64,000 bases of DNA, taken from the sequence record PV400809.1. One strand, 5' to 3'. A program made the position numbers and the translations under genes. The notes under the pieces were generated by a model that saw only the letters and a list, made by a program, of their open reading frames with translations, made no database searches and was not told the origin of the DNA. This document shows, in pieces, positions 46,440-54,631 of this stretch; the stretch's first letter is position 1, and each line of letters begins with the position of its first letter.

Positions 46440-46813
46440 TACACTTTCCTCGGGTATTTGTAATGTGTAAACGTCTTGTTGGCCAACGTAATCACTTCTT
46501 TGGCGGAGTTAATAAAGGGATCACTCTCGACCGTACTGATCGCCAGGAGTTCATCAAACAACATGGAGCAGTTCTCCAAGGTTTGACTGAAGAGGGTCTT
46601 ATTCCGGTCATTCACTTCAATCACCGGGATTTCACTGTCAATGGCGCTCACACCATAGCGACCACTGACAGTATACAACAACGGGCTATCCTCCCGCACA
46701 GCAGACACCCGTTCTTTCAACCGCCTGATGTAGTCGAACGGATCCAGGCAAAGATTAATAAAGTTACTGTCCGCCATAATGAGAATGGTGGTGGGGCACG
46801 GTGCTGTTTCCAT
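46439..46813 (-). CDS. Hypothetical protein (124 aa)
   Basis: Start moved to ATG 46813 (SD AAAGGA, downstream of hairpin 46836-46866); TAATG overlap with next gene. Confidence 0.65.
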   Translation of the reverse strand: METAPCPTTILIMADSNFINLCLDPFDYIRRLKERVSAVREDSPLLYTVSGRYGVSAIDSEIPVIEVNDRNKTLFSQTLENCSMLFDELLAISTVESDPFINSAKEVITLANKTFTHYKYPRKV

Positions 46814-46871
46814 GAGGGGGTCCTTTACAGAGTCGGGGTGGGAGGACACAGGCTATCCTCCCACCCTTTAT

Positions 46872-48341
46872 TTAAACAATAGCCTTAGGCGCACCTTTCT
46901 CTTTCCAGTAAGGTTTACGTTCACCCAGTGCAATACGAATGAGCTCATACGTTGTAACGGTGTACTTGTCAATATCTGGATTGGTGTACCAGTAGTCTAC
47001 CGTGTTCTCCAGAATATCGTTCCAGTCCAGTCCTTGAGCAATAATACCGTCGTACAATGCCTGAGGAGTCAGACGGTATTTGTGGGGGAGTGTCAGCCAG
47101 AAGGTTTGCATGAACCACAAGTGGTAAATGATGGTCAGTGCTCGCAGGAATTTACGGTCTTCAATGGTATTTTCCCATACAGTGGTACGTCCCACCTTCA
47201 GATCAGGGTACAGAATGCAGTGATGACTGCGGTCACTCCCTTCCAGGCCGAAGTACTTAGCTGTCTTCAGTACATGGTACATGGTCAGACCTTCTTGAAT
47301 CCCCATGGACTGGGAACCAATGAAGAACGCGTTAATACCTGACATCCCCGCCTTATTCCGATAGGGTTGACTACTGTAAAGCATCAAGTCAGGCATTTCT
47401 TTAGCGTCGGTCGTCACGATAACGTCCTTACCGAAGGGATTCGGGTACAACCACTCTTGGCCGTTGCTCCCACCTTTAAGCACCGACCCTTTAAGGATCT
47501 CATGCCCAATCTGCGGAATACGCATCATGGCCTTAGGACCTTTCAGTTTCTTCCCTGGACGAATGAAGACTGATTCCTTCTCTTCAGGACGGCTGTTCAT
47601 ATTGATCTTATCAACAACCTGAGCTACCCAAATCTGGTAGCAACCCGATACCCCACCCAAGATATCCGCGTCTTCATAGACAATCCGGCGGAGGTTGCCA
47701 ATCACCAAATCCCGAGTCTTCTTCTCCCCGCCTTGATCGACTTCCCCTTCCTGGAAATGCTCCGATACACGCTGGAAAGGCATTTCGGAGATAGAGTCGA
47801 CCACACACAGAATAGGGGTAATAATCTTAACGGGTTTGCCTTCCCTGTCAATAAAGGGGGTCTTCATGAAGATATCAGCTTTGGCTTTAATCTGTTCAGT
47901 AACCTTCTCTTTAAGCCATTTGAACTTGTCATGAACAAAGGCTCCATCACAAGAATTTACCAAATCATTCCGAGAGAAGTAGAAGAATCGCTTACCGAGT
48001 ATCTGTTCGTTGAAGTACTCGGGAATACCGATCTCTCGGTCTACCATTTCCGCCAGACGGTCTACAGAGAAGGTGGCCTCAATATCAAAGAAGAAAACAA
48101 CCGACCCTTTAAACCGAATCAGGACCCGTGCCATACCCAGTACGGTCATCCCGGTCTTCTGGGTGTTGTTTCCACCGGCGATCGCATTGTTACGACAAAG
48201 ACCCCCGTTGTTATACGCCACGCCTGATGCACTCATCAAGATCTCGGTGTTTAACATATCGAAGATAGGGGAAAACGGAAGATCAACAATCAACGTATCC
48301 GACGATTCCAACTCTTGGGTAAACAGAAGAGGTGTGCTCAT
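46872..48341 (-). CDS. uvsX: RecA/UvsX-like recombinase (489 aa), phiKZ gp152-like
   Basis: GGNNTQKTG P-loop variant, FFDIEAT, CVVDSISEM (Walker B), WVAQV. Confidence 0.8.
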   Translation of the reverse strand: MSTPLLFTQELESSDTLIVDLPFSPIFDMLNTEILMSASGVAYNNGGLCRNNAIAGGNNTQKTGMTVLGMARVLIRFKGSVVFFFDIEATFSVDRLAEMVDREIGIPEYFNEQILGKRFFYFSRNDLVNSCDGAFVHDKFKWLKEKVTEQIKAKADIFMKTPFIDREGKPVKIITPILCVVDSISEMPFQRVSEHFQEGEVDQGGEKKTRDLVIGNLRRIVYEDADILGGVSGCYQIWVAQVVDKINMNSRPEEKESVFIRPGKKLKGPKAMMRIPQIGHEILKGSVLKGGSNGQEWLYPNPFGKDVIVTTDAKEMPDLMLYSSQPYRNKAGMSGINAFFIGSQSMGIQEGLTMYHVLKTAKYFGLEGSDRSHHCILYPDLKVGRTTVWENTIEDRKFLRALTIIYHLWFMQTFWLTLPHKYRLTPQALYDGIIAQGLDWNDILENTVDYWYTNPDIDKYTVTTYELIRIALGERKPYWKEKGAPKAIV

Positions 48342-48438
48342 GTTCCTCTTATTCCTCGTATTTTATGAACTTTAGCTGAAAGGGCAACGCCCTGTTTTAG
48401 ATGGGTCTGCGTAAAAACCCATTCCCCAAACTATACTC

Positions 48439-49281
48439 ATGAGATTTTCAGTTATGGAACATTCCTTCACATCAAAAGACTTCATCGAACGGATCAAGAA
48501 TCCCCAGCTTCTCTCAGTCCTGGGGGCTGAAAAACTCAGTGTAGGGGAAAGTGTGGGTCTTTTCTTCTCTGAGTTCGGTGCGTCTATAGACCGCCGCCTG
48601 GCCGCCTTCGAAAAGTCGGTTATCACCCTGGACGTTGAAAAGTTCCGTAAAACGATCCAGCGGAAAGAGATTCTCTTTGTTAAGAACGCCGGTTTGCCAG
48701 TCATTGTCCCGGAGACCTACACGCCTGGACTCGGTAATATGATGGCCTATACTCAATTCGTAGCCACGGATGGGGTCTATCTGGTCAGTAGTATGAAAAC
48801 TGAAGCAATTCGACTATACGATTGGCTTAAGCAACTGATTAAGACTGGTCGTCCCGAAACCCGTTTCCGTTGGACCATTACCAACTTCGACGCGGTACTG
48901 GACCGTTCCGAACAGTTCCTTAAAGGTCTCCCATCCAACCCCCACCGCAAGACCTGTACCCTGGGTGAAGTTTACGTCAATTTCGAAGAACTGTACAGTG
49001 TACTGGAAACCTACAACGTGTCAGCCAAGCTACTGGGTGCCCGGGATGTTGAAATGGCCAGTCGGGAATTGAGTCGGGTTTATGAACTGGGACAACTCCT
49101 GGTGGAGAAGATCAAAACCAATGACCTCATCGTGGATGAGAAGAATCTGACTGAAGTGGAATTGGTGGTTAATCGTTTTGTGGAGTTTACAGACATCTGC
49201 GGAGCGATGATGACCCTCCTGAACGAACTGGCAGCCGTCTTCCGTGATCAGACCGAGACGATTGTAACCAAAGCAAAATAG
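48439..49281 (+). CDS. Conserved jumbo-phage protein (280 aa)
   Basis: Long ORF divergent from the RecA-like gene; probable start MEHSF at 48457. Confidence 0.7.
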   Translation: MRFSVMEHSFTSKDFIERIKNPQLLSVLGAEKLSVGESVGLFFSEFGASIDRRLAAFEKSVITLDVEKFRKTIQRKEILFVKNAGLPVIVPETYTPGLGNMMAYTQFVATDGVYLVSSMKTEAIRLYDWLKQLIKTGRPETRFRWTITNFDAVLDRSEQFLKGLPSNPHRKTCTLGEVYVNFEELYSVLETYNVSAKLLGARDVEMASRELSRVYELGQLLVEKIKTNDLIVDEKNLTEVELVVNRFVEFTDICGAMMTLLNELAAVFRDQTETIVTKAK

Positions 49282-49290
49282 CAGCATACG

Positions 49291-49328
49291 TATACCTACT
49301 GGGAGGTTCACACCTCCCAGTAGGTATA
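49291..49328. terminator. 16-bp hairpin between convergent genes
   Basis: TATACCTACTGGGAGG-TTCACA-CCTCCCAGTAGGTATA. Confidence 0.75.
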
Positions 49329-49332
49329 ATGT

Positions 49333-50844
49333 TCACTCTTTATCAGTACTTCGTCCTAACTCCGCCAAGGTTAACACCCGAAGGTTAGCAATCGCCGACG
49401 TATGGATATAGATAAACTCATCCGTCTCCACAATCGTCGCGTACCGCAAACCTTCCTTGTTACGGGTGTCCGTCACACACCATACCTTAACTTTAGGGTC
49501 CGTAATCGAATTAAAAGCGTTTCGATCCGGGGTGTCGTACCCAATGGACAGCTTGATGGTTACCGGCTTAATTGCACTGGGATGAGTGACCTTTAAACTG
49601 ATCGTTTCCCGAGTCTGGGTAAAGGCTGGATCCAGCTTAAGTTTCTCCACCCCTTTTCCATTGACTTCCTTCTGGTAAATCAAATCCGTGATAATGTAGA
49701 ACGTCAGATACCCATAGCGGTTCTCGGTATCCTTGTTCATAAACCCTTCAAACAGAATATCCATCCCAATTAAGAAATCCCTGATCCGATACGACATCAA
49801 TACCGGTGAGATCAGTTCAATCAGAACTGGTTTCGTATTCTGTTTGGTGAAAGGGGAGATCAGTTCCTTTTCCTTAGGAACCCCTGGGAAACGATCCACT
49901 AACCGCGCCACGTCCTTGGTGACAATGTGGTTCAGATCCCCTGCTGACAAATACCCCTCGGGATTGGCAATCCGTTGTACCGTAAAGTCAAACAACTTAT
50001 CCAGTAAACGAAGGGGTTGTTTGGTGTAGAGCTTAGAATAGGTCACATCCGGGGTGAGCTTACCGTAGTACGTTTTATCCCGTTCGACCTTACCAAACCC
50101 GTACACCCGATACCCGTGTTGTTCTTTATAGAACGCTTCAGGATCCAAGGTATTGAAATACCACCGAGAGGCACTGACGATCTTGTTGAATTCCACCTCT
50201 GGGTTTTCATATTCCTTACGGGAAACCACTTCCAAGTTAGTTTCCTTCTTAAACCCAAACAGACTGATTGTTTCAGCAAGGTCCCTTTGTTTGGAGGCTT
50301 CCTTATTCCCTTGACCCCCTTCTGCAACGCCTGGGAAATCGAAGACTACCCGACGGTCTGTTTGACTGGCTATTTCCAAGCAGGTGAGGATGTCTAACAA
50401 CACCGCTCGCTCCGTTGCACTTAAAACCAGTCTTCCGAGTTTGAACTCTTCAGTGGCTTCGACGTTCTCCTTATCCACCTTACTCAAGGCTTCCAAGACT
50501 TTGTGTTCGGTAATGATACACAGGTTCTTCAGGATGGGATCGGTGGTAAGGGCGTTCAGGACTTCCCAATATCCCTTCAAGAGGGCTTCCAGCTCACTCT
50601 CCGCATTCACTACGGTCAACGACACAATATCCCGAATCGTTACAGCCGTGTTGGTCTTCTGAGGATTACCGGTGTAATACCCCGCTGACGTCGGGACATC
50701 CTTGGCCAGCTTACGCTTACCTTCTTGTTGGATATCGTAAGAATACCCATGACCACCCAGGAAGTAGCTGTTTTTCTTTAACTTGCTGTTATGCCCCACC
50801 AGGAGGTACATAACCCAGTTGACAGACGGTGTGATGGCTTCCAT
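49333..50844 (-). CDS. RNase H-like protein (503 aa), phiKZ gp155-like, catalytic acids partly lost
   Basis: GGHGYSY, SELEALLKG, CIITEHKV and GGQGNKEASKQ align with RNase HI motif positions. Confidence 0.6.
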   Translation of the reverse strand: MEAITPSVNWVMYLLVGHNSKLKKNSYFLGGHGYSYDIQQEGKRKLAKDVPTSAGYYTGNPQKTNTAVTIRDIVSLTVVNAESELEALLKGYWEVLNALTTDPILKNLCIITEHKVLEALSKVDKENVEATEEFKLGRLVLSATERAVLLDILTCLEIASQTDRRVVFDFPGVAEGGQGNKEASKQRDLAETISLFGFKKETNLEVVSRKEYENPEVEFNKIVSASRWYFNTLDPEAFYKEQHGYRVYGFGKVERDKTYYGKLTPDVTYSKLYTKQPLRLLDKLFDFTVQRIANPEGYLSAGDLNHIVTKDVARLVDRFPGVPKEKELISPFTKQNTKPVLIELISPVLMSYRIRDFLIGMDILFEGFMNKDTENRYGYLTFYIITDLIYQKEVNGKGVEKLKLDPAFTQTRETISLKVTHPSAIKPVTIKLSIGYDTPDRNAFNSITDPKVKVWCVTDTRNKEGLRYATIVETDEFIYIHTSAIANLRVLTLAELGRSTDKE

Positions 50845-50910
50845 TACGTTAACTCATTCTAGTAGGTGCGTGCACATGGGATACACATCCTTGTGGAATT
50901 TAACCGGTCC

Positions 50911-51444
50911 CTATTGCGTGCATTTTCTTAACAGCATTTGGTTATTATTTTGTAGAATCTTGTTCTCTTCAAGGACCTTAAGTAGGTGTTCCTTAAGTAC
51001 CTTGTTTTCAGCCGTCGCAGTAATGGTTCGTTTCGACAAGATGATATTTTGATTCTTGACACTGTCTAGTTGTCGACTCAACGCATCATTGATACGAATG
51101 AACTCTTTTAGAGGACCCCCTTCCCCCGCGGTAGGGTCGAAGAGCATATTAATCTTAGCCAGACCAATTTCAGCATCTGCCAGATCCATACGCAGGTTGA
51201 GGTTGTTACTCAACAACGCAAACAAACCAAATAGTAGCAGGGCAATAGTGAGTACTGAAACTTTAAGGGCTTTGCTCAGTTGGTCTTCAGCAGATTCCCC
51301 TTTGAAGAATTTAAGAACGAATTCTATGAATCTATCCGCCATCTCCTTTGCAATACCTAAAACCATGGGCGTATTCCTTACATCAACGGTGAGCCAATCA
51401 TGAGTACCACGTTCCTTTCTTTCGCAAGTATAGCAAAGCTTCAC
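50911..51444 (-). CDS. Single-pass membrane protein with C-terminal coiled coil
   Basis: TM VSVLTIALLLFGLFALL, then heptad-rich region ending RKCTQ; true start probably 51368 or 51344. Confidence 0.65.
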   Translation of the reverse strand: MKLCYTCERKERGTHDWLTVDVRNTPMVLGIAKEMADRFIEFVLKFFKGESAEDQLSKALKVSVLTIALLLFGLFALLSNNLNLRMDLADAEIGLAKINMLFDPTAGEGGPLKEFIRINDALSRQLDSVKNQNIILSKRTITATAENKVLKEHLLKVLEENKILQNNNQMLLRKCTQ

Positions 51445-52746
51445 GACAACAGTCTACTCACAACCTCCCCTATTGGCGAGCTGTCGAACAAGTCCAATAG
51501 TTACGCCAAAGACCCGGGTAAGTTTACCCTGGCTGCGAACAGTCCCAGTGCAACCGTATTGGTCAATTTCTATTCCGAAACCGATGGAACAGAGATTGTT
51601 ATGCCGCAAGCGATTGCTGAAGCTCAAATCGGTGTGTCCAACTGGTTGTATGAACAAGCTCTTAGTGGGAAAGTCACTGACAGTCGTCCTAACACCCTTG
51701 CGCTACTCAAAGCCCAATTCACCACCAGTGTTGTGATTGAAGACGTTGGTGAAATGGTCACCAATAATACGATCTGGCTACCGAGCTTTGTTCGTGGCTA
51801 TCATGTCGTGGGTGGTGATAAGCAGCCGTTCTACTTGTGGATGGCTGACGCGTACTTCCTGATCCAATATCCCCGTGTTCAGTTTACGATTATCCACCCC
51901 ATCCCGTTAAACGAGATGGACGACCTGATGACCATGAACTACCAGCAGATTGCTGAACGGTTCGCACGGGAAACCCCGACGGTCATCGCGCAACGTGAAC
52001 ATGAAGCGACTCGGAATGCAGGCTGGCCCTATACAGAGCGCAACGTCGAAGAATTCCAGATACTTGACCTGGTTAACACCGGCAAGTTCAACATGGGGTA
52101 CTGGTCTATCCTGTCCTGGGGTAATGGTACCGAGGCGGAAGATCAGCTCTACGAACAGATTCAAGATGAAATCCTGAAAGATTCGAAGTATCCCCGTGAA
52201 GATTGGGAAGAAAAGATCCCCGATCTCTTCAACCCGCTGGAGTTCTATGCCATCCCCCGTTTCGACATGATTGGGATTGTAGACCGCACCACCGGTGCTA
52301 GCTCGTTCTCCCCCATTGTCGATCGTGAGACTGAAATCGATATTGCCAAGCAGTACTTGGTCCCAACAATACCAGAAGACTTCATCATAAAATCCTTCCA
52401 AACCCTACCCATGCTGTATAAATCGATTCAGATTGGGTTTGTGGCTAAAAAGAACAATCGTCAAGGGATGCAGAAGATTCGTTCAATTGTTCCCCAGTAC
52501 CAATTGATCCCCTCCCTGGATCCTGATTTTGGATCCATGGGTGAGGCCACCATGGCGTTTATCCGTGGAATGGAGGACTTGGTAGCAGCCGCTGAAGTAG
52601 TTACACCGTTCTCTTTGCTGCCTCCCGGGGTTACCCGTCTGACTCGTTTGGATAAGGTCTGTGTGGGCAAGCGTATTGGTAAAGTGAAATACGTGATGTT
52701 CACGCGCTGGCAAATGATTCAAGACGGGATTGTAAAGGAGGATTAA
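51400..52746 (+). CDS. Virion structural protein (448 aa)
   Basis: Long ORF; synteny with the phiKZ gp157 region. Confidence 0.7.
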   Translation: MSTTFLSFASIAKLHDNSLLTTSPIGELSNKSNSYAKDPGKFTLAANSPSATVLVNFYSETDGTEIVMPQAIAEAQIGVSNWLYEQALSGKVTDSRPNTLALLKAQFTTSVVIEDVGEMVTNNTIWLPSFVRGYHVVGGDKQPFYLWMADAYFLIQYPRVQFTIIHPIPLNEMDDLMTMNYQQIAERFARETPTVIAQREHEATRNAGWPYTERNVEEFQILDLVNTGKFNMGYWSILSWGNGTEAEDQLYEQIQDEILKDSKYPREDWEEKIPDLFNPLEFYAIPRFDMIGIVDRTTGASSFSPIVDRETEIDIAKQYLVPTIPEDFIIKSFQTLPMLYKSIQIGFVAKKNNRQGMQKIRSIVPQYQLIPSLDPDFGSMGEATMAFIRGMEDLVAAAEVVTPFSLLPPGVTRLTRLDKVCVGKRIGKVKYVMFTRWQMIQDGIVKED

Positions 52747-52749
52747 TGA

Positions 52750-53382
52750 ATGGCTGAGCAAAACATCATCCCAGCCATTGGTGCAGCCGGACGGTTTGAA
52801 GCCATCGCGCCCTTCTCAACTGTGGTGAATCCCAATACGTTCTACACCGTAGAGGCCACTCGAACGATACCTGAAATGCAGGGATTGAAGATTAAGATCT
52901 ACGAGCGGGTCTTTAAACCCATTGGACTCAGCGAAGCAGATTACCCTGCGGTACTGGAAAAGGCGATCAGTGAAAACGCCGTGGTGGTGTCGTTAATACC
53001 GCGGAGTGGTCCTCCGGTCTATGTACTGACCACCTACCTGAAGAGTTTTCCATTGGTAGACGGGTATTCGTACGAACGCATGTGTATTGTCACCGACTGC
53101 GGTGCATTACCCCCTGAGATGAAGGATAACCTTGTCTTGGCGATGCAACATTTCGATACCTACATCAAAGCCCATTTCGGAGTGGAAGGGAAATCCACTT
53201 TGGGAACTGTGCCGGTGATTGGGTATGTCTCGAAGAATGAGCATGATGTGTTCGAAACCACCCGCAAGAATACGATCACGGATGACAGTAATGATTTGTC
53301 TCGTATTCGAGATCTGGAAGCGGCCTTAGTGGCCAGGGATGAATACATTAAGGATCTAGAGTCCCGGTTGGGGGTACCGTAA
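52750..53382 (+). CDS. Virion structural protein (210 aa)
   Basis: SD AAGGAGGA; co-oriented with upstream gene. Confidence 0.7.
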   Translation: MAEQNIIPAIGAAGRFEAIAPFSTVVNPNTFYTVEATRTIPEMQGLKIKIYERVFKPIGLSEADYPAVLEKAISENAVVVSLIPRSGPPVYVLTTYLKSFPLVDGYSYERMCIVTDCGALPPEMKDNLVLAMQHFDTYIKAHFGVEGKSTLGTVPVIGYVSKNEHDVFETTRKNTITDDSNDLSRIRDLEAALVARDEYIKDLESRLGVP

Positions 53383-53390
53383 TACTGACT

Positions 53391-53422
53391 ACTCCAGGAG
53401 AGCCGTTGGGCTCTCCTGGAGT
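53391..53422. terminator. 14-bp hairpin between convergent genes
   Basis: ACTCCAGGAGAGCC-GTTG-GGCTCTCCTGGAGT. Confidence 0.75.
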
Positions 53423-53435
53423 ATAGTCGTTTTCG

Positions 53436-54602
53436 TTATTTAACTCGACGAATCGAGCCGATCGAGTATCCGTCACTGAGGTCAGCAGGCACCACGTAGT
53501 GATACGGACGGATGACTTCCGTGTGGTTCAAATCCATCAGGAAACCCGTCAGGATATCAACAAAACTCTCCGTGTACCGATTAAGTACGCACTCAATAAA
53601 GTCAACCGATTCATCCGTGATCTTAACCGGCTCACTTCCATCCAGTGGATAACTCCACACGAACCAACTGTTCACATCCAACCCGAAGGGAACGTCTGTG
53701 GTGGCTTTATAGGCGTACAAGCGCTCCAGGATCTCGTTAGCCGCCTTATCCAACCATTCCTTACCATGCACACTGTTGAAAGGATAAATGCGTTTACTGA
53801 AGTGACTGGCAGCAAATAGAAGGGTGCGGACTTCCTGCTCGAAGAGTGCTTTACCCGCGTCGGTCAGGTTCGCATGCTTGCGGTAATATTGAATCTGGCG
53901 GTTCACTTGATGTTCCAGTTCACCGATAGACTTAATAAGGTCCTTAATGTCCTGACGGTCATCGGGGTTATCGATCTCCAACGTTTCCCCTTCTCCGAGG
54001 GTAATCCCTTCTTTAGGGACTTCAGGGTAGACTTTATCAAACCGAACCGTAAAGTAAGAAAGGTCGTCTTTCTTGGTTTTGAACGTGAGGTAGAGGTCGT
54101 GGTCACGTTTACCTACCCATTCAACCAAATGGTTGCTTTTCTTGGTGATAACATCCACTGCATGACGGAGTTTATTGGAGAGTTTAATCACCAGTTTATC
54201 CGTGGTTTTCAGATCATCTTGAAGCACATCATCAGCGGGGTGTTTAGCCGCGACCTGTAACCAACTACTGGGGAACTCTATAGAGACCCTCCCCATACCC
54301 CCTACGATCTCTTCTGGAATGGTGAAGATTTCGTCATTGAAGAGGTATTGGGTCCACTTCTCGTTCAGTCGGAACGTGAGGGTACCGTTGTCACGGGTAT
54401 ACCGCACGTAGGCTTCTTCTTTACCTTCTTTATTGAGGGTAAAGAAGTAATGGATCTCGACATCCCCGAGGGTCAGCACATCTCGATATTCCGTTTCCCC
54501 TTCTACCCGTTGGCCTACCTCAACCAATTCTCCACCCCACAGGTGGTCGTATAGACGAGCCAGGTTGTTATAGCCCACGGATCCTACTTCTACTTGACGC
54601 AT
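53436..54602 (-). CDS. Hypothetical protein (388 aa)
   Basis: Start moved from TTG 54632 to ATG 54602 (SD GAAGGGG). Confidence 0.7.
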   Translation of the reverse strand: MRQVEVGSVGYNNLARLYDHLWGGELVEVGQRVEGETEYRDVLTLGDVEIHYFFTLNKEGKEEAYVRYTRDNGTLTFRLNEKWTQYLFNDEIFTIPEEIVGGMGRVSIEFPSSWLQVAAKHPADDVLQDDLKTTDKLVIKLSNKLRHAVDVITKKSNHLVEWVGKRDHDLYLTFKTKKDDLSYFTVRFDKVYPEVPKEGITLGEGETLEIDNPDDRQDIKDLIKSIGELEHQVNRQIQYYRKHANLTDAGKALFEQEVRTLLFAASHFSKRIYPFNSVHGKEWLDKAANEILERLYAYKATTDVPFGLDVNSWFVWSYPLDGSEPVKITDESVDFIECVLNRYTESFVDILTGFLMDLNHTEVIRPYHYVVPADLSDGYSIGSIRRVK

Positions 54603-54631
54603 TTTAAACCCCTTCTTTAAGGACGACTTCA

